Positions 38,174-59,223 of a DNA stretch of 64,000 nucleotides are shown piece after piece. The DNA is from Octopus vulgaris (lineage: Eukaryota). Numbering within the stretch: the stretch's first letter is position 1; each line of letters opens with the position of its first letter. The stretch is taken from the NCBI GenBank assembly GCA_951406725.2, contig OX597824.1, forward strand, positions 12,648,001 to 12,712,000, written 5' to 3'. The notes beneath the pieces were generated by a model. The model searched no databases. It saw nothing but the letters and a program-made list of their open reading frames with translations, and had not been told where the DNA came from. The position numbers were made by a program, and so were the translations under genes.

Positions 38174-41100
38174 GCAAGTCACCATCTTACCTTAATAAAT
38201 GTCTTCGCTTCGTTTTTCTCCTCTTCATACCGATTTTCACAACTTATCCAGAATGCAACTCTACATTTTCCCAGTTTTCTTGATACTTTTTTTATCCCCT
38301 TTTCCCTTCTCGGGTCTTTTATGGGTCACACTTTTTCAGCTCGGTCTGTAATTTATTCTCTGCTATGTCTTTCAACGAAAGCTGTTCAAGCATTTTACCG
38401 TTACTATTTCCTTCCGCTTAGCATTTCGTGCCACTGTGCAACACTTTATCTCGTACCTCGTCCTGCTTCGTTTAGGCTGAAAGATACGGTCTCCTTTCTT
38501 CCTGTATTTCTTGTTCTATGTTTTGTAAAGGGTAGTCATAGTTTGACCGCTACTGACACTGGAAGAAATAGTTGTGGTAGGGAAATACGGATTTGTGTCA
38601 GATTCATCGCTGTTTTTCCGTTAAGCTCATACTGCAATTTTCCTTCTTTCCTTTTCCTTCACTCGTTGTGGACATTTTCCATATCTCTGGTTGGCATCCT
38701 ATGCTTCAACTAAAGTTGGAGATAGGAATTTTCAACGTAAAGTATATCATACCGTGATTAATTTATTTATTTATCTCAATTTGTGCCATGGAAATATAAC
38801 CTCTGACTAGAAATTTTAAGATCTTTGTAATGAGTAAACAAAAAGATATAATCTGTATATTTTATGTAAAAAAATGACCTAATACTCATCCATCTCATTT
38901 GATAGTGTTGTTATTTAGAATTTATTTATGTTTTCTGTTTTTTTTTCTCAATTTTAAATTTTCCAAATAAAAAGAATGAAAATATCTTCAAAGCTATTTT
39001 TTCTTTTGTGCCCTCATTATTGTTTCAGGTATTTTCTTTAACACTGGAAAAGAATGGAAGGACTTGAAAAAGTTTCTTTACGCAACATTCCGTGATTTAG
39101 GAATGGGCAAGAGAAAGCTAGAAGACCAAATATATTTGGAAACCCAGAGATTATGCAAAGTTTTTCAATCTCACAATGGCAAACCGTTTTCCTTGGGCGA
39201 CCCTTTGGCATACTTCTCTTTGAGTATTGTATACTATATAATATTTGGTGAAAGGTTAGTAGCATTCAACACTTCATATATATGTAATACACATGTGGGT
39301 ATATCTTTATGAATACAGTTATACCTCGCCATATCGCGGTTCACCTATCACGCACTCAGTACATCGCGGATTTTTCTGGCTAATATATGTACATTTATAT
39401 CGCGGACTTCTCAGTATATCGCAGGTTTCTGCGGCCGATAGGTATTTATAATTTTTTTTAGATTTTAATTATGTCTGTAGGTGGTTTTGGAATATAACAC
39501 TCGCGATAGTCGAGGGAATTATTGCATATGGATGGGTGGTTCCCCCTCTGTTTCGGCAATAAACATTCCGAATATTTGTATACATGTGGATTACCTTCTC
39601 ATTGAATTAGTGTGTAAGTAGTTGAATAATCCATTCACACGTGCACGCTTATTGTAATTTTCATGTTAAATCAGGGTGTCAAAGTGTATAACAAAATTGT
39701 ACAATTAAATTTCATTTGGCATTCATCTCCACAAGTTCCGTCAAATCTATTTCACCTACAAGATATGGATCGACCCCAGAATATAGAAAATTACGCTTAT
39801 CCAATATACTTTGCAGTGGGATCGAACTCGGGACCTAATACTTAGTGTCGTACGGATGTGGAGTATGTAGAAAATAGCTTTGTTAAATTTAAATGATTCA
39901 TTTATAGCTCGTTATTTGTGGTGTTTTCTTTTGCAAACATTTCATATTTGAAATATTTTTCTGGTAAAATAGATACATACCTAAAATTACACTAATAGTT
40001 ATCGCCATACTAATATGGCAGTCTAAATATAAGACTAAAGCTGTCGCTGATTAGCTCCAATTTCTATTAAAATTACACTTTTCTCTTTCTATTAAAGCAT
40101 TATGCTACTAATATATATTGTATGTTTTGCAATTGAAGGATCAGATTTGGTGAACTTGAGTTTCAGGAAATTGTTGAAAACTTAAGATTCTTCTTCAAGA
40201 ATAGTAGTGCATTTATACCAGAGAATTTCTTTCCATTCCTGAGATTTTTTCGATGGAATTCTCCCGTAAGTATAAACATTTGAAATCTGAATTTTATTGA
40301 ATCATGATTTGAACCCAGAAAATATAGGTTCGCCAAACCCCAAATTTTGTCATAGTCTTGTGGTGACTACTCAATGATTTAGGGGAAAATTGTCGGTTCG
40401 AGACGATACCTGAATTTGCTTTTCACGTAATAAAATTCTTTCCTATTTAAACGCTTTCGATGTCAAAATTTTTCTCAGTTATCTTGATTTAACTTTTCAT
40501 TTTCACAACTCTCCTCCATGCTAAAATTTCTATTTATATTTGATACTGATTTCAATTTCAGCAACTTCAGGGGAAAAAAATGAATCGGGATCTTTTCGGT
40601 TTGAACGGCAGTTTTTTTCTAGCGGTGTCATATGAAATTGTCACCCATAATTATGACCCTAGTATCGATCTATTGCATTTCAATCTGTTTTAGGGTTAGG
40701 GTTAGGGGTGGGGGAAGGGTATCTTTTTTTCTTCACAAATGTAAATAAACCCAATCTGTTTCTTAAACGAGGGATATATTCATACGGCACAGAATGTTTT
40801 TTTTACCTCAATAGACGTCAGTGATTGGTTGAAATTGCAGAAATTGAAGAAAAAAAAACAACAAATATCTTACAAACTATTGAATTTTCTCAATAAAGCC
40901 AAGAGAAAAAGATGTTTTATAAGCACATTCTACCAGTATACGAAGTTTAAAATTTTTTAGTTACTTAGAAATTATGTTAAAAACTGCCGTTCAAACCGAA
41001 AAGACCCATGAATCGATTACATTGTCTCCAGTATTCAACGGGTACTTATTTTATCGACTCCGAAAGAATGAAAGGCAAAGTCAACCTCAGCCACATTTAA

Positions 41101-44100
41101 ATGTGAAGACAGACGATATGGCGTTAAGCATTTTTCCTGGTGCACTAACAATTCTACCAGTTCGTCACCATCTATTATGATTTAATACTGCTCAATAGAA
41201 TATCAGTAATTCTCTTAGTCATTACAGCCAATGAAGTTGGGCCTACAATGAAGACAACAGTAACGTTTGCACAAAATTGTAGCTGGCAGAAACGTTAGCA
41301 CAAAATTGTAGCTGGCAGAAACGTTAGCACGCCGGGCGAGATGCTTAGCGGTATTTCGTCTGCCGCTACGTTCTGAGTTCAAATTCCGCCGAGGTTAATT
41401 TTGCCTTTCATCCTTTCAGGGTCGATTAAATAAGTACCAGTTACGCACTGGGGTCGATATAATCGACTTAATTCGTTTGTCTGTCCTTTTTTGTCCTCTC
41501 TGTGTTTAGCCCCTTGTGGGTAGTAAAGAAATAGGTATTTCGTCTGCCGCTACGTTCTGAGTTCAAATTCCTCCGAGGTTAATTTTGCCTTTCATCCTTT
41601 CAGGGTCGATTAAATAAGTACCAGTTACGCACTGGGGTTGATATAATCAACATAATTCGTTTGTCTGTCCTTGTTTGTCCTCTCTTTGTTTCAATGGTGC
41701 CAGTCCATCGCAGTGTTACTCATTTTTGCCAGCTGAGTGGACTGGAGCAACGTGGAATGAAGTGTTTTGCTCAAGAACACAACGCGTCGCTCGGTCCGGG
41801 AATCGAAACCACAATCTTACGATCATGATGCTGACACCGTAACCACTAAACCACGCGCCTCTACAATTTTTTCACTATAGATTGAACAAATTCTCAAGAA
41901 CGACAAAAAAATCCGAAGCTTCATAAAAGAGAAAATCAGCGAACATAAGGAAACATACAATGGTGACGATATAAGAGATTTCATTGACGTATACTTACTC
42001 ACACTTGAGAAGGAACCAAACAGCGAATCTTTATCTGGTGAGTTACATGAACTGTTATGTTTCTCTTGTTTCTTTCAAGATATTACATATAAGTTTTGAA
42101 AATAGAATTTGTTTCATACATATATATTGTATACTTATATATATTTCATACATATAAGGCGGCGAGCTGGCAGAAACGTTAGTAGACTGGGCGAAATGCT
42201 GCCGCTACGTTCTGAGTTCAAATTCCGCCGAGGTCGACGTGGCCTTTCATCCTTTCGGGGTCGATTGAATAAGTACCAGTGAAACACTGGGGTCGATATA
42301 ATCGACTTAATCCGTTTGTCTGTCCTTGTTCGTCTCCTCTGTGTTTAACCCCTTGTGGGTAGTAAAGAAATAGGTATTTCGTCTGCCGTTACGTTCTGAG
42401 TTCAAATTCCGTCGAGGTTAACTTTGCCTTTCATCCTTTCGGGGTCGATTAAATAAGTACCAGTTATGCACTGGGGACCATGCAATCGAATTAGTTCCTT
42501 TGTCTATCCTTGTTTGTCCCCTTCTACTTTTTGATGATATTATCGGAGTGAAACGGTAAATCGTTTCGACGGTGGCTTTCCTAAGAAATACCTCTAGCGT
42601 TCTTGTAGTCGCTACCAGGATGATATTTCGTCTCTCTCTCTCTCTCTATCTCTCTCTCTCCCTCCCTCCCTCTCTCTGATGCAATGTGCTTTTAACAGAC
42701 TACATGTGTGATAGATGTTATTTCGGGTAGAAACTACAGTGCCATGCCTGTTTTAATTCACATTTATTTTTAATTATCAATTAGCTATATATATTTTTTG
42801 CCTCGGTTGTTTTGCAATCATTTTCTATTTAATACCGTTATAAACAATTATTAAACGACTTAACCCTTTATCCGGCAGAAACGAATATATGCGTTTTGAC
42901 CGAAATCGTTTTTTTTTCTATCTCTGGCGAGTTAACTCGTCAAAAGATAGACTCGCCAAAATCGACAGCAAACGAGTTCCTTTGTCTATTATAAACTCTT
43001 TTTTGACATATACGAGTATATTCACTCACTTTATACGTCTGGCAGTGACGATTTCTATCACCTTTCGCTTGAGTAAGGCATTGAAGACCGAGTATGATTT
43101 AGTCACCTGGAGACAGTCGAAGGGTTGGAAGGCACATTTTATGAATAGAAGTATTCACTTTGTTTTTACGTTGTTTTTTTATACCTTTATATTATAACCC
43201 CACCATGTCGATAACCAAATAAAATAACATGATTTTTTGTAAAAGTAATATGATTTATGAAAAAAACGGGTTAACTCGTTTCTGCCCAAAGCGGTAATTT
43301 AAAATCAATATTATTGAATTGAAATTCATAATAAATAAGGTTTGAAATATACCTCGAAATCACCATTCAAAACATTGTAAAATAAAACAATAAAAAAATA
43401 TGTCTGAAAAAATACATTTATTTTCAAAATAATTGTTGGGTAAGGGGTTAATTCGAATTACCTTCTGCTTTTGTAGAAGTGAATATGTTTCGGACGATTA
43501 TCGATATTTTTGTGGCTGGAACAGACACAACAGCTACAAGTCTTAGCTGGGTTTTTCTCTACATGGCGAAATATCCAGATATACAGGAAAAATGTCGAGA
43601 AGAAATTCAGAAGGTAAATTATCAGATTCTTTCCTTTGTATGTCCCATGTATTTTCTTTTTATTAAAATATTTCTTTCAGTTCCATAAGCTCAGGCGATT
43701 AGTATTTTAACAATTATGTTGTGAAGGCGCATGGCTCAGTGGTTAGAGCGTCGAGCTTACGATCGTGAGGTTGTGAGCTCGAAACCCGGACCGGGCTGCA
43801 TGTTGTGTTCTTGAGCAAGGCACTTTATTTCACGTTGCTCCAGTTCACTCAGCTGTAGAAATGAGTTGCGACGTCACTGGTGCCAAGCTGTATCGACCTT
43901 TGTCTGTTCCTTGGATAACACTGGTGGCGTGGAGAGGGGAGGCTGGTATGCATGGGCGACTGCTGGTCTTCCATAAGCAACATTGCCCGGACTTGTGCCT
44001 GGGAGGGTAACTTTCTAGGTGAAATCCCATGGTCTGTGTCGTGACCGAAGGGGGTCTCCGATGTCTATGTTGTGATCGTAATACTGGTTCTTAACTTCAA

Positions 44101-44306
44101 ACGTTTAAGCGCACTGCCTACAAACAGATTCCAAAAGGGGATAGGTGCAGGTGTGGCTGTGTGGTAAGAAGTTTACTTCATAACCATATGGTTCCGGGTT
44201 CAGTCCTTCTGCGTGGCCCCCTGAGAAAGTTTCTTCTACTAAAGCCTCGGGACGACCAAAGCCTTGTCAGTGGAATTAGTAGACGAAAACTAAAAATAAC
44301 CCCATC

Positions 44307-44382
<76 letters not shown>

Positions 44383-47300
44383 CAATAAGAAAATGGAGGT
44401 GATCAATAGGTGATATTCATCGACTTTTAGACATTATATTATGTCAATTTATTTATTTACTAAAAGGACAGTTATAACAATTTACATATGTATGCATAAA
44501 AGTTGATGAATACCACCTATTGATACCCTCCATTTTCTTATTGCTCTATAGATTAATGGTAAAATAACTCTTTACCCTCACCCATTTAGTACACTCGGTA
44601 ATGTAATTGCAATGCAATAAAAAAAAACCACTTGTGTATTAATAATTGGGTATTCTACCAGCAGTATATTGGATAGATATTATCCCTTAGTTGGTTGGAT
44701 TCACAACCTCTAACTTTCTTGGAATTATATATATATTTATATATATATATGTGTATGTGTGTGTGTGTGTGTCTGTCTGTATCTCTGTCTGTCCCATCAC
44801 CGTTTCACAGTTGATATTGGGTTGTTTAACTCCTCGTAAATTAATGATTCGGCTATAAAGACCGACAGAGTATGTTTCAGGTTTTAAAAAAGTACTGAAT
44901 CGATTCGTTTGTCTGAAAACTCTTCAAGGCTGTGTGCCATCACGGCTGCAGTCTCATGACTGAAACAAGCAATAGATTAAAAAATGAAACATTTTTAGCT
45001 AACACTGTACAACTGTTTTCAATTCTTGTTGTAGGTAGCTATTTTGTAGATAGCTTTTCTTTTTCATTAGATGCTCAGCGGGGAAGGAACAAATTTTAAT
45101 GACTGTTGTAGATTGGTGAATTTAATACTGTTGATATCCAGCTAAATAATCTCTGAGCTGACGTAAGCAATGAAATCGTGGAAGTAGAGTTCAGACACAC
45201 ACACTCACATATGTGTTGGTCACTATTTGATTCTGAACTTCTAATTCCTACAATTACTTTTTACGATATAGGCGTAGGGATATCTCTGTTTCTTAGAGGC
45301 AGGTTTATGTTGTACATACTAATTACATTTGCAGTAGTGTTGAAAAACGGAAAGACTCTCTCCCTTCTTTTAAGCACCAAGCTAATGAGTTCCGGTTAAA
45401 CCAGGTTCCTTCTATTTTCTCTCATATTTTTCTTTTACTGCTTATTGCATATATTTTGCATGCATATATATATATATATATAGTGTGTGTGTGTGTGTGT
45501 GTGGAGGCGCAATGACCTAGTAGTGGTTTGGGAAAGCGGACTCGCGGTCGCAGGATCGCGGTTTCGATTCCCAGACCGGTCGTTGTGAGTGTTTATTGAG
45601 CGAAAACACCTAAAAGCTCCACGACGCTCCGGCAGGGAGTGGTGATCCCTGCTGTACTCTTTCACCACTCTTTCTCCCACTCTTTCTTCTGTTGGCCTGC
45701 TCGCTTAGCCAGCGGGGTGGCGTCATTCGAAGGCTAAAGCAATGCGAACGCATTGTGACCAGCGATGTGTAACAACATCTGATGGTCTGGTCGATCACGT
45801 GATGGATTATCTATTCCAGATCACCGATCTAAATAGACCTGTCACAATGGAAGACAAAAGACACATGACATACGTTGCAGCAACGCTACTTGAGGCCCAG
45901 AGAATGGCTCCAGTTGGTAAGTAACCTGTAACATAAATCGTATAGTTAAAGCAAAAATATATTTCACATCTTATAATTAGTGATTTTCTTTCACAAAAGG
46001 ATTTGTAGAAAACAGTATAAAAATGTTATAGATATCAAAATATTTCCGTCCATAATTAAATGAAGTTCTACATATGTTCAATATTGACAAAAAAAAAAGC
46101 ATAGGGCAAGAATATTTGAAAGAAGTAAACATTTATGTTATATCAATGCAGGCTAAAATGAGTTGTGGCATCATATTATATCAGCTCAAACTCATGTTGC
46201 TACATTACAATATTACATCAATTGAATGCTTCCTAACAAGAAACCCAATTTTACTGCGACAGTATTGCGTAAGCAAAATCTCATGACTCGACACACCAGT
46301 GTTACATCACCAAATTTACTGTCTTATGGCAATTGTAAAACAGTCTGTTTCAAGTTATCACTTATCTCTACATTGTTAACGTTGAGAAAAAATCTTTTAA
46401 CAGCTCCACTCACTGCTCCACATGCCTCTACGATAGACACAAAACTAGGAGGTTATGATATTCCAAAAAATACCATTGTTCAATTCATGTTAATGGCTGC
46501 TCATTACGATCCGAAGTATTGGGATAAACCAGAGGAATTCCGACCTGAGAGATGGATTGATGAAAATAATGAGTTAAAGAAAAATGAGGCTTATATGCCT
46601 TTCTCTTTGGGTAAGTATTGTAAATAGATTTTAATGATAGAGTTGACCTATGTTCAAAAGTATTTCAGCTGTTACCATCTCGATTTGGAAGTAGTAACAA
46701 TAATATTATTCAATGTCACCTTTGCAGTGTATCACTTGAAGGAGATTTGGATAGTCCTTTTCAAGCCATGCTTGGCTCATAGGGCCAGTTTCCCAGTTTC
46801 CTTGGCGTATAGGTTCCCCACCTGGACGGAACGCCGGTCCGTCGCAGGTGAGCTGCAAGATGCAGGAGGAAATAATGATAAAATGTTGTGGCGAAAGAGT
46901 CAGCAGAAGTTCATCATTACCTTCTGCCGGAGCCGCGTGAAGCTTAGGTATTTCGCTCATAAACACACACATCGCCCGGTCTGGGATTCGAATTCGCGAT
47001 CCCTCGACCGCGAGTCCACTGCTCTAACCACTAGGCCATGTGTCTCCATATGGATTTGAATATTGTATCTAATAGGTTGAACACTCAACAAAATATCGCT
47101 CAGTCCGGTCTGTATAAAAGCCAAAGCATTATCTGTTAGCTTGATATGTGCAAAGGACTATAAAGTACAAGTGTAAATACATGTCTGTTTAACTACATCG
47201 TCCTAGTCCAAGCCTTGCTTTGACAATTGTAAGCATTCACTACTTCGGGGTCAATAAAGCAAATAGTAATACTATTTTGCTTCTTTGGTATTTTATTCCC

Positions 47301-47723
47301 TTAAAATGAACCTGCATTCTATTCGCAAAACTTTACCTCTTTATGCAATCTTATTTACTTATAAAAAAATCCTTCAAAAATATTTTGGTCACCGAAATTT
47401 TATAAGATTTTTCTATTTAAATTTACTCGATATTTAATTGGCAAGCTAATTATTTAATTATATTTTATTAAAATTTCATGACTCTATTCTATTATATCAC
47501 ATGTAATTATAATATTTAATTTAAATCATCTGTATTATTTGTAGGCCCCAGAATATGTGCAGGAGTATCACTAGTCAATATTGAATCTTTCATAGCTTTT
47601 TCAAACATCTTACAAAAATTTAGATTGGAAAGTCCAGACGAAACACCAATGACAATGGAAGGCAGACAATCAGGAATTACTTACGTTCCAGTGAAGAATA
47701 ATATCCGTGCAATACCACTGTAA
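37804..47723 (+). CDS. Cytochrome P450 gene B (clan 2, CYP2-like), 8 exons, 499 aa, GC-AG intron 1
   Basis: Exons 37804-38173, 39029-39254, 40139-40265, 41881-42037, 43477-43613, 45820-45916, 46404-46610, 47545-47723 = 1500 nt. Motifs PPGP, AGTDTT, EAQR, PERW, FSLGPRICAG; TAA stop. Confidence 0.92.
39029..39254 (+). CDS. CYP gene B exon 2
   Basis: TTTCAG|GTATTTTC...GAAAG|GTTAGT. Confidence 0.92.
39314..39527. mobile_element. Tc1/pogo (Tigger-like) MITE
   Basis: TA-CAGTTATACCTCGCCATATCGCG ... CGCGATAGTCGAGGGAATTATTG imperfect terminal inverted repeats. Confidence 0.55.
40139..40265 (+). CDS. CYP gene B exon 3
   Basis: GAAG|GATCAGA...TCTCCC|GTAAGT. Confidence 0.88.
40588..41007. mobile_element. 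Non-autonomous DNA transposon (MITE) with about 28-bp TIRs and 8-bp target-site duplication
   Basis: GGATCTTTTCGGTTTGAACGGCAGTTTT / AAAACTGCCGTTCAAACCGAAAAGACCC; ATGAATCG at 40580-40587 and 41008-41015; internal (TTAGGG)3. Confidence 0.85.
41881..42037 (+). CDS. CYP gene B exon 4
   Basis: TATAG|ATTGAA...TCTG|GTGAGT. Confidence 0.92.
43477..43613 (+). CDS. CYP gene B exon 5 ([10 protein letters not shown])
   Basis: TGTAG|AAGTG...AAG|GTAAAT. Confidence 0.93.
43723..44060 (+). mobile_element. tRNA-derived SINE family 4 (partial copy at 41690-41862 on minus)
   Basis: GGCGCATGGCTCAGTGGTTAGAGC A-box, GCTCGAAACCC B-box, CTTGAGCAAGGCACTTTA core. Confidence 0.75.
45502..45804 (+). mobile_element. 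tRNA-derived SINE family 3 (copy at 48930-49240 on minus; related copy at 46705-47048 on minus)
   Basis: GGAGGCGCAATG...GGTTTCGATTCCCAGACC head; shared body with 48930-49240. Confidence 0.8.
45820..45916 (+). CDS. CYP gene B exon 6 (EAQR)
   Basis: TTCCAG|ATCACC...GTTG|GTAAGT. Confidence 0.92.
46404..46610 (+). CDS. CYP gene B exon 7
   Basis: ACAG|CTCCA...TTGG|GTAAGT. Confidence 0.94.
47545..47723 (+). CDS. CYP gene B exon 8 (GPRICAG...IRAIPL*)
   Basis: GTAG|GCCCC; TAA at 47721-47723. Confidence 0.93.
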
Positions 47724-48158
47724 GATCCATTTGTCTTGTATGTTTGAAAGCACCTCTATAGGATACACTGGGTATACCGTAGAAAGTATGCTACTTTGAG
47801 GCAGTCAAACACAAGAACCGTTCATTTAAGTCAAGATTTCATGGTGGTATTATATTCACCTAGAAGATACATGATAATATCTGTGTAGTAATACCTTCTC
47901 ATATACTTCGTAAAATTTAGATGATAGAAACAGACAGAACAGCGACAGCTATGGTAATATTAATGCCTGACTTTGTCAATAAAGCTTTAATATTGTATTA
48001 TATTTCTTGTGTTACAGTTTTATTTATCAACCTAGTTTTTCTTCCTTCATTTTACTTTCATATAAATCATCGAAGATAAAGATATATGTATGCCTGTATG
48101 TATGTATGTATGTATGTATGTATGTATGTATGTATGTATGTATGTATGTATGTATCTG

Positions 48159-48247
<89 letters not shown>

Positions 48248-48258
48248 TTACTTATCTT

Positions 48259-48481
48259 TGACCGAAGTACCGTGGTCTTTTCCGTAGGCTTTTCTTTCCA
48301 CGGATAAACCTTATCTGCTTCCCCCTTTATACTTTACATCATGACATTTCTGTGATATACGATCCGTATTGATCATTTTTCTCTTACCTTTTTACGATCC
48401 CTTTTGATCAAAAAACCTACCCCACTTCTTTGTAATTTGTACCGTCTGTGTTCAGCCCTGTGTGGCTAATAAAGAAACATA
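48259..48481 (+). mobile_element. 3' UTR fragment of the same Tx1-like LINE
   Basis: ACCGTGGTCTTTTCCGTAGGCTTTTC...CAGCCCTGTGTGGCTAATAAAGAAACATA, preceded by (TATC)n. Confidence 0.8.
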
Positions 48482-50039
48482 TTTACTTATCTGTTTTTCT
48501 ATCTGTCTGTTTGTCTGCTTGTCTGTGTGTCTGTCTGTCTGTCTCTCTACTTATCTCTTTGCCTGTCTGTCTTCTTTTAAATATACTTTACCTGCCTTCA
48601 CTGGTCAGTGTTTGCGCCATTTTTAAGATGGCATTTTTAGAATGATTTTCTTCTATACATAATAGTTCAGTTAAGCCGTAGACGTTTCCTTCAATAATCT
48701 GTGCACTTATAATATTGTTAGTTAATTCATAATCCCAACACAGTACTTTTGTAATTTCAATTGTAAGACACAGTTCTTTTTTAAAAATAAGCATACAGTG
48801 TAAGCCTCGTTGTGTAAATAATGTGGTTACTCCGCAGGTTTTATCTTTCCTTGGAGAGAACAAGCGAGATTATCAGTTACCAGCTGACCTCGTGTAAAAG
48901 ACGTGTTTCGTTATACATTACTTGTATTTATCATCGTGATCACCGTGACCGACCAGGCTATCAGATGTTGTTACACATCGCTGGCCACAATGCGCTTCAC
49001 ATTGTTTTAGCCTTCAAATGATACCACCCCGCTGGCTAAGCGAGCAGGCCAACAGAAGAAAGAGTGAGAGAAAATTGTGGCGAAAGTGTACAGCAGGGAT
49101 CGCCACCACCCCCTGCCGGAGCTTCGTGGAGTTTAGGTGTTTTTGTTCAATAAACACTCACAACGCCCGGTCTGGGAATCGAAACCGCGATCCTAAGACT
49201 GCGAGTCCGCTGCCCTAACCACTGGGCCATTGCGCCTCCACACTTGTATTGATATTTGTGACAAATAGGCACTTTCATTGTTACTTCTAGTTCAAAATAG
49301 CCTCGGAAGTAACAAGTGGAGTTGGTCAACACAATGTCGGACACAGCAGCTAGAAGAACCTGAAGACACGCCTAAAGATTTGTTTCAAACGTAAAAATCA
49401 GAAAAAAAGGCAACGGAAAAATCAACAAAGAAAGCATAGCCTCAAGCTTATACGAAACTACACAATGGAAGTCACATACAAAAACGAAAACGATTCGTGT
49501 TAGAAACATTATGCATTATTGCCTGTGGCATATGATTCTTTGTTTTCAGTGTTATTGTGCGATTGCTTAACCGTGGCTAAACTGAGAAGCAGCATTACTG
49601 AGGAACCTGATAGTTTTCTCTTTAACAGGAGTCTGCAGTAAAGAAATTCTTCAGCAGGATAGCGAACTATTCTTCTTGATTGAAGAATTGTTTTGTAGCC
49701 ATGACTATTTTTGGCAGTGCCTGCCATGGCGACCAGTTGCTGATGTTGAGCTCACGGCACAGACGCACAGGTGTGTTGAGATAATGATGTTGCAAGCTGG
49801 AAAGACATCTATTCACCTACTATCTTAAACACTCTCCTTATAGGTGTTATGTCCACGATTCAATAACAGCCGGAAGGAAATCTCTCTCTTACTTACTTGT
49901 AACATTTTCTTACTCACAGACCTGACAACTGATCTCTGAATGTATAGAATCTATATTTGCAAACTGTTATAAATTTTGTCCAAAGCGATGTCGATTAAAG
50001 GCTGCATGGGTCTCGTCATGTTTTGTTCATTTGGGAATT

Positions 50040-50505
50040 AGTGACAGGGTTCGACAGGGGACACATGAAAACATCACTACTATTCCGCTTTATCATTGAG
50101 TTTTTACTGTCGTGCAAGTGCTGCAGTATTCTCTCCATGATTTACAGAGCATGTTCGCTGTCATCGTACGTTCGCTCCAGACAACCACCGAGCATCTAAG
50201 AAGCTTCGTCCTGTTTTCTAATACCTGGTAATTTTGTAATGCAATGCAGTGAATCAATTTATGATAAGTTTGCTGAAACTTGAAAACAGATAAAACAATC
50301 ACAGACCCAGGAAGGTCTGTAACTGTATTACCTAAAAGAGGAACAAAAATAGTTTTGGTTTTATGTTGACATACTTTGGTAAACAAAATACTTATAAGGA
50401 ATGTCATTCTCGTTCCAGCAGGACCCTCAAGGCAGCACAATCCAGTCCCATGTTGCTGAACCCTTTTCAAAAATAAAAGAATAGACAGCCTTTTGTTGTG
50501 CATTT
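50040..50505 (-). mobile_element. Paralogous copy of the Helitron helicase relic downstream of gene C
   Basis: Collinear with 1545-2005 at the same position relative to the CYP stop. Confidence 0.7.
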
Positions 50506-50859
50506 CAACGATTTATATCAAAGTCTGAAATTAGGTTAATAAAGAAAATTGTGACTCAAAGAAAATAATAAAATACTGGAGCTTTATTGATTAAATTAAA
50601 CATTGCAACTATCGTAGGAATAGTTATTGTCTTATCTATTTCTATCCTCTAAATTTTATGAAGTTTATGGGTAGATAATCCTGCACACATATTGGTAACA
50701 GTAGCGTGTAGGTCAAGGAACTGAAATTTATGTAATTTCGTGAAATACCATTTCAAAAAGTAGCAGTATTTTACAGAACTTTGATATCTTTTTACATCAA
50801 GGTGATATACTTTCAACTGTATAGCCAGTGTACTGTGAAGTGGTGCCCTCAAATATATC

Positions 50860-58900
<8,041 letters not shown>

Positions 58901-58974
58901 CTTCAATTACAAAATGTAATATAATATGATATACCATAAAATATGAATATAATACAATTTATATATATGTATAC

Positions 58975-59041
<67 letters not shown>

Positions 59042-59110
59042 TATATACACATATATATAGATATATATATACATATACATACATATATACATACATATAT
59101 ACATATATAC

Positions 59111-59194
<84 letters not shown>

Positions 59195-59223
59195 TTACAT
59201 ACATACACACATAAATATATATA

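Noticed and set aside
40689-40712. Telomere or chromosome end
   Set aside because: Only three TTAGGG units, internal to a MITE.
42860-43451. piggyBac-like MITE (TTAACCC...GGGTTAA)
   Set aside because: The ends match only over a few bases and the internal inverted repeat does not coincide with them; too weak to call.
43723-43800. tRNA-like sequences here and at other SINE heads
   Set aside because: A/B boxes continue into repeated SINE bodies; no complete cloverleaf with acceptor stem.
37804-47723. Gene B as a pseudogene because intron 1 lacks a GT donor
   Set aside because: A consensus GC donor sits at the homologous position and all exons are open with a 1500-nt total.
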